Origin: Vicugna vicugna
Lineage: Eukaryota
Direction: 5' to 3'
NCBI GenBank assembly: GCA_013265495.1
Contig: MU058065.1
Coordinates: 5,764,302 to 5,826,301, forward strand
Length of the DNA: 62,000 bases
Positions within the stretch are counted from its first letter, which is position 1; every line of letters starts with the position of its first letter. Below the pieces are notes generated by a model, which made no database searches, was not told the origin of the DNA, and was given only the letters and a program-made list of their open reading frames with translations. Both the position numbers and the translations under genes were made by a program. Below, piece by piece: positions 23,101 to 36,627 of the stretch.

Positions 23101-26100
23101 TAACTGGTGTCCCTTCATCCCTCCTTGCCTTTCCTTCCAAGCCATTCATGACGCAGTAGCCATAGTGCTCGGTCTACACTGCATGGATCCAGTCAAGCCA
23201 CTCACCAGCTTAAAGCCCAACAATGACTTCCCATTTTACAGAGAATAAAACCAAATTACTTCCCTTGCCTGAAAGTCTCCAACGTGAGGAAACCTTTGCC
23301 TCTCTCTGCTGCCTCTCCACTCCCAGATCTCTGTGACAATTTCAAACTTATGGAACAACTTCCCTCCCTGGGGCCTTTGTTTATTCAGTTCCCTCTCCTG
23401 GAATGCCCCTCACCTACAACTGGCATGGCTAGCTGCTCATCCTTTAAGCCTCAGCTTAAATGTCCCTTCTTCAGATGCAGACTCATACCACACAGCATCG
23501 TCTTCCCCCCACAATGTGATTGTTGATTTGCTCAAAGTACTCATCAAGACCTGAGATGATGCTGTACGCCAGAAACTGACACATTGTAATTGACTGTACT
23601 TCAATAAAAAAGACCTGAGATGATTGTCTATTTGCCCCTGTGTTCAATATCCAGCTTCTCCTCACTTGAGTTTATGCTGCACACGGGCAATGAGCCCGTC
23701 TGCTGTCCCCAGCACCTGGCCCAGAGCAGGGCACAGGGATGCTTTAATAAGCATCCTTTGCAAAAAGTTCTCCAGCATGGACACCAGATGGAGCCGGCGC
23801 CCCGGAGATACAAACAGGCTCCGGCTGGGAACACAGCTGCAGTTGGGAGTTGAGAGCAGCTGGGGTGGGGAGGAGATTGAGAGAGAGGCGGATGGAAGTT
23901 CCCCTCTGCCAGGCTCGCCCCATAGGGACCAGCCCCAGGGTCAAACCCATCACAGGCAGCACCTTCCCTGGGGGTAAGGGGTGGGTGCACTCAATCACTC
24001 TCTCTCTCTCCTTCCCCTCTACTTGGGAACATTTTCACTTTGGTAAAAGCTGGGAGAAAAGGCACAAGGCAGGGTTAGGGAAAGATTCTGAAATGCCTAG
24101 CTCCACAGGGAGGGTGTGGAAGGGAAAGGGCTGAGTTGAGGGCTGTGGGAGTGAGGAGTTCTAAGAACTGGGGGCCTGGGGCCGCCCTTGTGGCGGGGCA
24201 GGGTTGTCTTCCATCCCCGCTAGATTAATCGCCCTGGCTACGCTCTCCTCTTGTACAGTTCTTCATTCACACCAACACCCTGCCTCAGATTCTCAAAACA
24301 AAAGCACACACATAACAAGCACTGTGCAGTTAACAAAACATGGCAACATCTACTGCTGCCCCACTTCATCGCCTTAGTCATTCTGGTATCGGGTGGGTTT
24401 AATTAGCCCGGTGATTACAGATGAAGCAACCAAGCTCAGAGGGGTGCTGTGATTTGCCTAACGTCACACAGCTAGTCAGTGGGAGAGGTGGAACCCCTCC
24501 AGATGCAAGACTCAAGATGTTTCCACAATCCATTGCTGGCAACTCCCCCAACCCAAGCCTACCCTACCCCAAGCCCCAGCTCCTGTCAACCCATCTACCT
24601 GAAATGAGACAGGAGTGTCACCCAACACCTGTCCCCTTTTCTCTTACCCCTCCTTCCCTTCCACTCCACTCCTCTACACCCTTCTCACTCTCTTCTCCAG
24701 ATCTGCTACCGTTCAATTCAGTTCCTCACCTGTCCCTCCCCTCCTCCTTCTGCACCCTTGCCAGCTTCTGGGTTCCAGTCCATGACACTGTCTACTCCAG
24801 CTCCCTACTGTGTGTCCATCTGTGGGGCAGGAGTGGGCATTGCTGACAGTCCCAGAACATCCGCTCCACCCCAGGCACTGCACTAAATGCTTAATGCACT
24901 CTTTCCAATTGAATCTTCAGAACCATGTTACATCCTACAGATGAGGAAGCTTGACACTCCTCAGTTTAGCCTCAGTTGGAGAAGCTGGCTGATTTGCCAA
25001 GGTCTCCAAGATCAGTGCTTCTCAAACTTTAATGTGTGCACAGAATACCTGTTGTTAAAATGCAGATTCTGATTCAGTAAACGTGTGCTGGGGGCAGGAT
25101 TGAGATTCTACATTTCTAACAACCTATTCGTCCAAGGACCGCACTTGGAATAGAAAGGCCCTAGATGAAGGGCAAGAGTCCATCAAGACAGCCCGACTCT
25201 CAACGTGTCACTGGAGGGAGAAGAACCCTAAAGGGGTCTGAGGCAAGATCCCTGGGTTCTCAGTGCTGTGGGAAAGGCAGATGGGGGGCATACATAAGTA
25301 TTTGCCCAAAATCTCAAAGCACTCCCCCCTTCCTATTTCAGGCAAAGAAGATGCTGGAATCGGCTCTTGCTGATGTGGCCAGTTGGAAGGCTAAACAAGG
25401 CCTGGGCTGCGCTGGGGACAGCAGTGAGCTGCTCACTCGTGCCCCACAGTGTACAGCACCACCTTGGTTGAACCTAACCCCAGGCATTGTCATGGTCTCC
25501 CTTGAGACTGTGGACTCCCTGAGGCCAGCAACCCTGGTTCACCATTTTGACATCCCCAGAGCCCAGGGCAATTTGCAGAAAGAGGCATGAGATGGGGGAA
25601 GGAAAGCAAAGTGAACATTATCAAACATTCCCATTTTGTACCAGGTCCTATGCTGGTACTTTTGATCTATTTTCTTCTTTGAGTCTCCAAGAAAACCACA
25701 TAAGGTAACCATTGGTGCCCCCGTTTCATTATGAGGAAGTTCAGAGAGGGAAAGTAATTTGACTAAGGGCACACAGCAAGTAAACAATAGTAGAGATTCA
25801 AGTAGAACTGAACCTGATGTCAAAGTAGAGTTAGTGCTTATAAATCACCTGGTGGATGTAAGTGAATGACTGGTAGGATCCTGAACCTGGGTGGGGCTGG
25901 GGCAGCCTCCCTATGTGGTACCTCCAACCTAGACACATAGCCACAGGCTATGTGATGCTGAGCCCAGCCCTGTGCTGGGAAGAGCCAACCTGGAAGGCTT
26001 TGGCTCTAAAGGTTTTGGATGGGGATGGCCACATGGTACCCCTGCCCTTGAGGCGACTGTGCAGAGTGGGGGTGACAAAGGGAGATGGGTGAAAGGACTC

Positions 26101-29100
26101 TGGGTCTGATGGACAATACTCTGCAGGGAATGGATAGGCCAGACTGGCAGGGCCAGGCCACCTGCACAGCCCGGGTCAGGCCTGACTGCTGGGCAGAGCA
26201 GAGCGTTGCCCTGGAGACGGTCCCTGGGCCAGGCAGGCAGCGGCAAGTGGAGACGCCAGCTCCTAAGTGGCAGAACTCTGGTGGCGGCACAGCCCACAGT
26301 CTCTTCCATGGAGACGGCACGGCTGCTCAGCCACAAGGTCCCACTGGCTGTCCACTGCTCTCTCCCCACGGACTGGCCCTGAAGGAGGGTGGGTGAACAG
26401 GAGTTGAGGGTCCAGAGTCTTGCCATGGAAAGGGGCATGTCCTGGGTCAGAATGTGCCCTAATGGGCCAAGAGGCTATTTCCAGGTCCTCTCACCCTAAC
26501 CCAGCCCTCAGCCTCTGGGGCTTGTCCCCATCTCAGAGCCCACCTACTCCTCCCGTCTGGCTCTCCTTCTTCTCTGCCCTCCCTTGCTCTCTGCCTTTGC
26601 TCCCAGGTCCACCCTCCTGACCCTAGGCTGAGCCCCTCTGTCCGTAGGTTGGACAGCTTCTAGACAGGACTATGTCTGCACTGAAGGCAGCCCCTGGGAC
26701 CCCTCCACCACCCTCCTTCCAGCCAGCCCTCTACCCATCCCTCTTGGACCATCTCTGTTTTAGTGTTGGTCTGGACCCTGCCCTGGATCTGTCCATCTTC
26801 CTAGTCTCTGTCTCCTGATCTTAGAATGTCCTCAAGTCCCTCTCTATCCTCCTGGCCTGACTGATCAATTATCCATCTTATCTCTGCCTCTGTCCCTTGC
26901 CCTCTGTCAGCCTGCCATCCCCCTGACCTCTGTCATCCCTCTCACTGGCCTGGCTGCCCCCAGCCTCTCTTTTCCTTTGCCCACTGCATCTCTATCCTGT
27001 TTGCTCTCCCCTCGGTCTATCCCCTAGTCTAGGTGTCTAGTCTCTGACTCTTGTTTTCCTCTTAGATTTTCCCCTGGGCCTGAAGCTGCCTCCCCAAGCC
27101 AAGAACCCTTCCCCAGGAGACTTTCCCTCCTTTCCCTGCCCCATCTTCTAGGTCTGCCCCAGATAACAATCAGGGGCTGGGGAAGATCTGTCCAGAGTTT
27201 GTGAGTGGTGGCTTCTCTCTCAGTCCCTTGAGTTCCATCTGTCCACAGCCCCCATTTCCTTGAAAAGCTCTCCCTGGCCGGCTGGCTCACATTCTCCCCC
27301 ATCCCTCCCCACCCCCTCATCCTCCCTGCAGTTACAGAGCCCACGGGGTTAACAAGCAATTAGCAGGGCCAGGGCTCAGAGCTGCGGAGGAGAAGGCTCT
27401 GGGCCTCCATGAGATAAGAAGCAGCCAGGAGCAGCCGAGGCCGGGCTAATCCCAGGGCTAATCTGCGGCCTGGGCTTTATCTCCAGGGCCTTCTGGGCAC
27501 CCTGTGTCTGCCAAGGCCCTGGCACCTCCCCCTACCCCACTTTTCCATGGCAGCTTTATCCCTTCAAATTCCATCAGCCCTCCCCTGATGTGGTCCAGCT
27601 TCATGCCTCTAACTTAGACCCCTGGAACTTACGCTGCAGTGCCCTGGGGTCCAGGGTGGGCCAATGGAAAGGGTCCTTCATCTTCATCTACCCTGGACTG
27701 TGACTAGCACCCCAAGTTAGATGGCTCTCAGGCCCCAGCTTCACTTGGGGGTGGCCCAAGTGTCCAGGTTCAAAGCCTCCTCATTTGCTATCTCTGCCAG
27801 GGAAGATGGTACCAACTCAAAGTGCTGGGGGCAGGGGGTGGAGGGTCAGGTCTGCACTGATCAGAACTGGGAGGTGACTCAGTCCAAACCCTTACTGTAC
27901 AAAGGCCAAAACAAAAGCCTAGAGATGGCAAGGGACATATCCAAGGGCATATAGAAAAAAGGGCAAATTCAGATCTAGAACCCAGTTCCCCCCCATCCAC
28001 TGGCCCCAGCATTCTCCGCTAACCTCGGGTGTCAGTAGACCCTGGTCCCAGCTCCCACTCCACCAGTGATAGCCTGTGTAATCTTGGTTAGTAAAGTGAT
28101 TTATTGACTTCTTTGGTCCTCAGTTTCCTCATCCGTCAAGTGGGGATAGAAATTCCTGCCCCACTTAATTCACAGATTGGTTATAAGTCTCAAAAGAGAA
28201 AGAATGTCAAAGGCATTTGCAGAGTGAAATCATATACACAAGGCCTCATTAGTAATGAGTATTGCAAAGACCAGTAAAACCCAAACTGGGGCAGAGATCG
28301 ACCACTGGATGTGGTGCTGGAAACAGATCCACAGAAGCTTCATAACATGCAAAATGGGTGCACATTATGGAGCCTAACAGAAAAGGGTTCAAATCCTGGC
28401 TTTGACACCAGCCTTGGACAGGCCACCTAGGGTGGTCATTTAACCTCTCTGAGCCTCAGAGTGCTCACCTGTAAAAAGGGAATGGTAATTCCTCCTCCTA
28501 AAGCCAGTGTGAGGATCGGAGACAAGTTCAGAGTGATGCAAGGCAGGTGCTCAAGAAAGTCGGGGAGCCCATGTGGGGCGTGGAACTCCTTGCCAAGATG
28601 GTGCAGCCATTTGATCTTGGATCCCCACTGGGCCCACTCTCACAGGGTATCATGCACCTTGGTAAAGGGTCTCTCAGCAATTTTGGAGGGGACAGCAATT
28701 TTGCTTCTTAGAGGATGGAATTCTGCTAGGGCAAACCCCCAAGCTCTGAGCTATGGCTCTCCTATCAGTGGAGGGTACAGGGTTGCAGCTCTGCCTTTAC
28801 TGACTGTGGGATTTGGGTTCAGCCATTTAACCTAGCTGATCCAACCCTTTTCATCTGTAAAATGTGAATAATAATAGGCACCTTTCAGAGGTATTATAAG
28901 GAAACAGATGATGTACCTAAATAATCGAACAACGGCTAACATTTACTTAGTGCTTACTCTGCGCCCAGCACAGTCCTAAGCACTTTATATAAATTAACTC
29001 CTTAATTCTCACAAAATCCCTCTTCTGAAGGTTTCTTAACAACTCTATTTTACAGAAAAGACAATGTAAGTTCACATGACGTGGCAGAGCAGGGGACCAG

Positions 29101-31293
29101 GCGACCTGGCACCAGAGTCTGTGCTCAGAGCCTCTGGGTGCTGACATACACCTGGCACAGCCCCAACAAACAGTAAGTGCTCAAGAAATGCTGGGTGTTC
29201 AAATCCCCCTCACCCATCCAACACTATTCCTTGGTATGATGCGTTGGGCACTGTGCTTGGTGCTGGGGACGATTCAGAGAACAAAATTGCTGGTCTTTGC
29301 CCTGAAGGAGTTTGCTGTTTGGCCACTGGGGCATTCATTCATTCCAGAAATGTTTACTGAGCACCTAGGCACTGAGCCAGGTGGACAGCAGCGGAGAACA
29401 AAGCACACAAAACCAGCGATCCCAGGTCCAGGTAAATCATGACTAGTTGTGATAAGTGCTACCAAAGGGGAACCAATCCAAGTCCTCTGCCAGGGAGTTC
29501 GATTTGGGTGGGAGAGTAAAACTTCCCAAAGAAGTGCACTCATCCACCCAAGAAGGGCATCAGATCACACACCAGTCAGACACAGGGAGAATGACCACCC
29601 TTCAAGAAGGCCTGACCCCTTCCCTACCACAGGGTCAACGCAGCGAACCCAGCCCTCCACCCCTCACCCCAGCCACCCAAGTGCTTTCCAAGGAACTTCC
29701 TCTCCAAGGTAGAAGTGCTTGTGGGTCTAGGAGGAAATGGGCACGATGTTTGTTCAAATGCACATGCGTTAGCGTTGGCGAAAAAGTAGGAGATGGTGAG
29801 ATGGTCAAGTCTGTGTGACCACAGGCTGAGGCCGAGCTGAAGCTGGGAGCCGAGGAGCGCTTGGGGCCGTGGAAGAATACGGTAATTTCAGGGAGCGCTG
29901 CGCTTCCACCGGAGAGAGGAGAGCAGGGCCTCCAGGACGCAGGTAAATAGTCAAACCTGTTCCCAGGTAGCGACCACTTTGGCCTTAAACCCTAGAAAGT
30001 CAATTTTCCAGGCGGGAATATTTTTAATTTGTAACGAAGTCTTTCCCTGGCATTCCAGCCCTCGACGCAAAGTTACTCGTTAAGAGTTTGCTTACACAGT
30101 GAGTCACACCCGTGGCCCGGCGGGCGTTCAGGGGCCGAGATTGAGAAGGTGGCGATGGTGGCGGTGGCGGTGGGTGAGTGAGTGTGCCAGTGACCCCCAA
30201 CCCCGCGCGTACACTCGAGCATGCAGGCCGGGCCCACCCGCACCCAGAAGGGCCGCACCCACCGCCTCTCGCTCTTCGCCGCGCCCCCTCCTCCCTCCCG
30301 CGGGGCAGGCATCCATCACGGCGCCCGGGCGCCCTCCCTCCCGTCTCCTCCGGGCTCCTCCGCTCTCCTCCCTGGGTTTGCCTCATTTGCATTCCCCCGG
30401 CTCCCCGGCAAAGTGACCTCCGCACACAGCCGCGCCAGAGGCTTCCACCGCGGAGGGAGACACCGCCTCCCGCCGCCCTCCGCGGCCGGGGAGGGGCGAG
30501 GGGGCGCGAGCCGGGACGGCGGGACTGGGGCCCCCAGCAGATGGCTGCAGAGGGAAAGGCCAACGGTGCCGAGGGGTGCAGAGGGATTCCAATGGGATTT
30601 GAACCCGCGGCTTCAGATCCTCAGCGGGGCGGATGTGAGACGTGGAGGTCAGCACTGGCCAGTGAAGCTGCGCCCCAGAGATGGGATCCCTGCTTGGAAC
30701 CCAGGGCTCCCCAACACCCCGTTTGCTCCCTCTCGCACCCCCACTGGAGAGGAGCCAACCCTACTGCGCAGTGGCCCAAGGGTCCCCAATCCCCCAGGGC
30801 CCTGACCAGCCCCCCCCCACCGCCGAGCCGCCTCCCCTCCCCCCGTTTGGTGTTCACACCTTTCACACATTTGTAAGCTATTATCCTGTCCACGCTTAGT
30901 CACCGCTGAGCCAAGCGCCACGGATTTAGCTCCTTTAATCTTTCCTCCTAAATCAATCCTCCATTTCCCCTTAATCATCCCGTGGCTCCTCTCTGAACTC
31001 TCTCGCTGCTGCCTCGGCTGCTGCAGCCTATGCCTGTATCTCTGGAACTGCTCCCCCATCCAACCCAAAACTGGTGTCCCAAGGGCATGGTGAACGTTTA
31101 GGGGTGTGGGTTGGATTTTCAGCGCTGCCATCCCCAGCCTGGGGACCTGGGAAGAATTGCAGACACCCCTTCCCTCTTCTGGAAAACACACAGCACTGTG
31201 AACCCTCTTATCTCCACCTCCAGGGTCTCTGTCCTTCTGCCTTCCCACCCCCAGTCATCTGGGATGGTTCCAAGACCCTAAACCTCCACCATG

Positions 31294-31341
<48 letters not shown>

Positions 31342-34300
31342 CCTCAGGCCTCCTGTCCCTCCTGTCCATGGTTCCGTTCTGGGTGTCCCCACCCCCTCTT
31401 CCCAGCTGCTCCAAGGAGGTGGCATTGCTAGTAGAGCCTGGAAGGACAGGGAAACACTGATAACTCACCGTCCTGGGGCTGCCCTCTCATCCCCTCCTCC
31501 AGGGAGACTGTCCATCTCTCTGACCACACTTAGACTCCACCTCACATTCACTCCCTCTCCTCTGCCCAGTGGGACCCACTGACTCGGGGCCTCAACCTGA
31601 GTAGCCCTGAGGCTCTGCACTGCTGATGCTCCCAGGGGTGCTCCTCCTGCCTCCCCGCCCCCCATTCCAGATGCTTTCTGCCCCTCGCCTGGGCCCGGCA
31701 GAGGCAGCCATGCCGCCAGCCACAAGAGGGAGCAGGTTCCTCCTGGGAAGCAGAAGGGCAGGGGTGGGGGTCCAGGAAGGAGAATGGGCAGGGGAGAAAG
31801 AGGGAGGACGGGAGGGAAATGTGGGGGCCATTTCTTCAAATGCTAATCAGCATCTTCCGGCAGTGCCACGAGAAGCTGAGCTGATAATGAGCCCAGCTCG
31901 GTGTTGATTCCTGATTAATGAAGAGGCCACAGGACTGCTGAGTGGGGCCGGGTGGGGCATGTTCCTCTTGGCCCTCCCCATTGCCCTTGCAGGCCAGCCC
32001 TCCGCAACAGTAACAGTGCCTGCCCTTGGCTGCTGGGATACATCACTCAAATCCCCCTCCACCAACTCCACTGGCCAATGGGAAGCAGCCAGGCTAAGAG
32101 CGCCACCTCCAGGAAGCCTGAGGGGCAGCAGCCAGTGGTGGGGCAGGAGGTGGGGAAGCCAGCACACCGTGTTCCGCTGTCTGAGTTGTAGGTAGCCCTC
32201 AGAGTATTGTTTTTTCAAATCAGGTAATTTTTAATTAAAATAATCAGGACTTGGAGCTTCTCTGCACAAAGTGGAAGACCCCCTAACACTGGGCATCCCT
32301 GACCATAGGGCAACAGTTAGCTGGGGCTGAGAGGTAGCTGCTCCCTTTAAAAATAACTGACCTTCACTTCTCCTCAGACCCCACCCTTCCCTACTGTGTG
32401 CCCTCTCCGACCTGACCTGCCCAGCTCCTGAAGGCAGGACCAACTCTGAACTAGATGTTGAACAAAACGTTTTCAAGGTTCATGCCCCGGGTGAAGATGG
32501 GACTGGAGGGCACAGAGAACCGGCCTGGGAGTGAGGGTCAGACGTAAACTCATCTGGTAGACAAGAAGCCCAGACCAACCTTGGAGGGAACCTTCTCCCT
32601 TCCTGAGTCAAGGGGCAAGGGACAGCCCTGAGGCCCTTGGAGCCAGTGGCAAAGGTATAGAGTTGGAATATTTGTAGAGTAGCCCCTCCCAAAATCAAGG
32701 AGGGGCCGCAGAGACTATCATTATGGGCCTGGCCACACCAGGGCAGGGACTGGCTCAGGAAGAAGCTTGGATGGAAGGCAGAGGATAGCGGAGGAGCCTT
32801 GAACTGGGGGCCAGCGGAGCCAGAGAGTGACAAAGCGCTTGCCGGCTGCTCCCTTTGCCTCTGAGCTGTCCTGATGGCAGCTGGGGTGGGGCTGGGAGGG
32901 GAGGGAAGAGGGCAGGGAGGGGGGACTGCCCAGCTGGAAGAGGCCTTGTCTAATTGTGCCTGATTAGTAGAGAGGAAGAGAACAGGGTGAGTGATTAATA
33001 GTCACGGCAGTCACCAGCGTGTGGGAGGGAGGGTTGGGAGGGGGAGAAAAGTCTGAGAGCCGAGAGGGGATGGAGACAGGGAAGCAGCTACAGGTCCCTG
33101 GTCACCTGCCCCTCCAGGGGCTGCTGGGACCCCTGATGACCTCATGGAGACGGGCTGGCCCTACCCCTGCCTCCTCAAGGATTTTCCACCTTCCCCATGC
33201 CTCAGTTTTCTAGACAATAGGATGGAAAAGACCAAGGTCATGTCCCGCACCTGGGAAGAAGTTGTATCTGCTCACATGTGTTTCCAGACACCTTGATATC
33301 CCCAGAAACTGGCCCCCTCCTCAGCTCAACCTGGGACCTCAGCCCACAGAGTAGATGGCCGGACTTCCAATCACAGACCACCGCCATCTCCTTATATCAT
33401 TTGATGCCAGTTGGAATGCCTAGCCCTGCCCAACGTGGCAGCCTGAACCTCGTTCCCAGGACCACCTGGAGCTGCACTGTCCAATAGACAGCCACTGACC
33501 CCAGCTATTTGAATTGATCTTTCATTCTCTCTGTCACACTAGTCACATTGCAGATGCTTAATAGCCAGTGTGGCTAGTGACTACCATGTTGGACAGCACA
33601 GTTGCAGAACATTAACATCACCACAGGAACGAAGCTCGAGTGTGTGTGTGTGCCCTCCTGCATGTACGCATGTGTGCCCCTGGATAGCATGGGGAGGGGG
33701 TAGGAGGGAGTTGGGGCCTGAGGGTGAAGAGAGGAGGAAGGCTAGGTGATGGAGAGTAGCGAAGATGCCAGCACGTGGGTCAGAAAATAGCAGGTGGTGC
33801 TGGGAACAGGCAGGTGAAAGGAAGCCAGGAACCGGGGTGGTTGCACTTATACCAGCTGACACGCTCAGAGTGCACAATTCACGCGTGCCAGCCAGTGTGC
33901 TCAGCCCTTTACGGCCATCTCTTTTAATCCTCACAACCACTCACATTATTTTAGGTTCTAGTATCCTATTTAACGAATATAGAAACTGATGCTCATGGAA
34001 GCTTTTTGACTTCTCAAAGACCACACAGTTTAAAGGCCACACAGCCAAAGCTCGAATTCAGGTGGTCTGGCTCTGGAACCCAAACACTTGACCACTCCAC
34101 TGTACAGTCCCCAGCTGAGAGGAGACACTGAGTTTTAGAGCCACATTTTGCAGCTGAAGAAACGAAGCCTAGGGAGAAAGAGTGATTTCTGCCTTCTAGT
34201 AAGTGGGCAGGCTGAGAGCAAGCCGCATTGGGGAAAGTACAGATGAGGCTTGGCGCACTTGTGTGGAGGGAGCGGATGGTGGTAGGACTCTAGGAGGAAG

Positions 34301-36592
34301 GAGGAGAACATTATAGGTGGTGGTGAAAGGAGGAGGTGGAGTGGGCTGGCATGAGACTGTGAGGAGCGGAGAGAGGGAAGAGAAGAGATGGGGGAGATAG
34401 GTGGAGGGGAGCACGAACAGAGAGGTGGGAGCATCCCCCACCACCCAGGAGCCATCTCCACTCTCCCACCCCCTCCCCTCCCTTCCTCTCCAAACCCTGC
34501 CCAGACTGCCTCACCCCTTAAGCCTTCCCAGCCCTCTTCAGTCCAGAGTGGCCTCTCTCTCTGAACTCAGGCTCTTACTATCCATGTACCTCGTTTGGCA
34601 ATTAATCCTGCCACCTCCTGACACTGTCTGCATGGTTGGTTAACTCTTGCATGGTTGGTTAAGCTTTTAAGTGTCCCTATCCTCGCTCCACCAGGAGACT
34701 GGAGGCTGCTTGAGGACAGGGACTGGGGACCAGGGCTCCCCTTCTTTGTTCTCCCCCACAGACCTGGCAGGGAGCCTGGCACATAGTAGGTGCTCAGAAC
34801 TCCATGTTGATTGATTGAATGACTGATGGGGAGTCAGTGAGGGGACATTAGGGAGCATGGGGATGAGAGCAATTGCAGTGGTAACAGAAGCAAGAGCAGC
34901 AGCTGAGGGGACTGGGGGAGGGTGCATTACCCAGAGTAAAAATAGGCTGGAAAATGTGACATTTATTAACTTGGATTCCAGAGGAAAGGTCATAGCAGAG
35001 TGGGGAGTGGGAAGGAGGAAACGGAAAAAGCAACAGAAAACACATAAGAGCCCCTGACCCAAAGCCTGTCGCTATCACTGACCATCTCACCACCCATGCC
35101 CTGGCAGCTTCCCACCACTCATCCCCGTACCCGTCTCCCCACCATAGGTGCCAAATCCCCATCGCACCTTCCGTGTTCTCACCACAGAGTCTATTAGGGA
35201 CCTCATATCCTCATCAGAGACCCTGTGTCTTTGTGTCCACGTCCTTCTCAGTCTTGCTGCCACAATACACCCCATCTTTCCCAATGCCACGGATCATGGA
35301 CTCCCATCCCAACCTATAATCCGAGACTCTGGTAAACTGTCAGAAGACTCAACCCTAGAATGCCAGGTCCAAGGGAGAGTTACACTCAGAAGGATGGGGT
35401 TTGGGGTTTGAGCAGAATGTAGGAGGACTAGGCTGGGTGGGGACAGGGGAGTCGGGTCCAAGGGGAATTCCTGTTCCCCAGTATTTGCTTTTCTTGACCA
35501 CCCCTCACCATGCCACCGCAGCCCCAGAGCAGAGACCCACAAACTTCTATCCTTTTCTCTCTAATCTCAGGGTAGGAGAAGTCCTGTGGGAGAGCCACCC
35601 TCACCCCTGCCCAGCCATCTCCAGATTCAGAGGGACTTGCCAGCCTTGAGCAGGGGACCCCTGTTCCCATATCCTCCAGGTATCTCCTTTCCTAGAGGCC
35701 AGGCAGGAACCCCCTGCCTCCTTCACCTTGCTTCCTTGCCCCTCCATCTCTTCCTCCCCCACCTCCCCTCCCACTGAGGCTTCACCACTCTTCCTCTTTC
35801 CCTTCCACCCCCAGCCGGGGCCTGGGACACAAACTCCCACTCAGGGACACAAAGCCCCCATTGATTCCTGCCCCAATAACACCTGCTGAGACTGGGCTCT
35901 GTCTGTGCCCCCCCCAACCCAGAGGGGTGAGGATGTCGCACAGAGGAGCCCCACGGACCGGAAAGGCCACATTCACACACTCCTCCTTGGGGACAATCGC
36001 AGCCCTGGCTTTGAGAGCAGTGATTTTTCCTAGAAGGCAGGGTGTGTAGCAGGGTGTGTACAACAGGCTAGTACCCCCTTGACTCCTCTCCCAGCACAAT
36101 CTTCCTTCCCATCCCTCCCTCCACTTCTACCCAATTCCCCCCAACCCAACGGCAGGAGGACCCAGAGGCTGCAGGGATGGTGGGGGCAGGAACACGCGTG
36201 GGACATGTTTCCTGGTGCTACTGAGGCAGTGAGTGAGTGAGAACCTGGGTGGGGGCCATGAGAAGGGGAAGTCTCCCATTTCGGGCTGGCGCTGGAGGCT
36301 AGGCTGGATGGGCACCATGTTGACGCCATGTATTTGCATATGTGCTGGGCAGTGGTCACAAGAATGAAAACACACCCCCCCCACACACACGTACACAATG
36401 CTGGAAGTAAACTGTGGACTGGGGACAGCATCTCAAGCAGCAGGAATAATAGACATCCTGTGACTGTGGGTGAATGGAGCACCAACAAACAGACAGACAG
36501 CGTACAAGACACACCCCTACACACACTTCACACACCTGATTGTGGATGGTGTGCATGGGAGGGCAGCCCAAGCTGACACTCCACTCCCCGTG

Positions 36593-36627
<35 letters not shown>

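Noticed and set aside
29246..29268. RE1-like ggcactgtgcttggtgctggg
   Set aside because: Mismatches in core positions, and it matches ordinary L2 consensus text.
30024..31248. ORFs of 179-232 aa in the intronic CpG island
   Set aside because: Low-complexity Pro/Arg/Gly translations expected at this GC content; no domain signature.
34629..34662. Duplicated 15-mer TGCATGGTTGGTTAA (also a 9-bp triplet at ~9281-9306)
   Set aside because: Simple local tandem duplications of two or three copies with no spacer array; not CRISPR-like.
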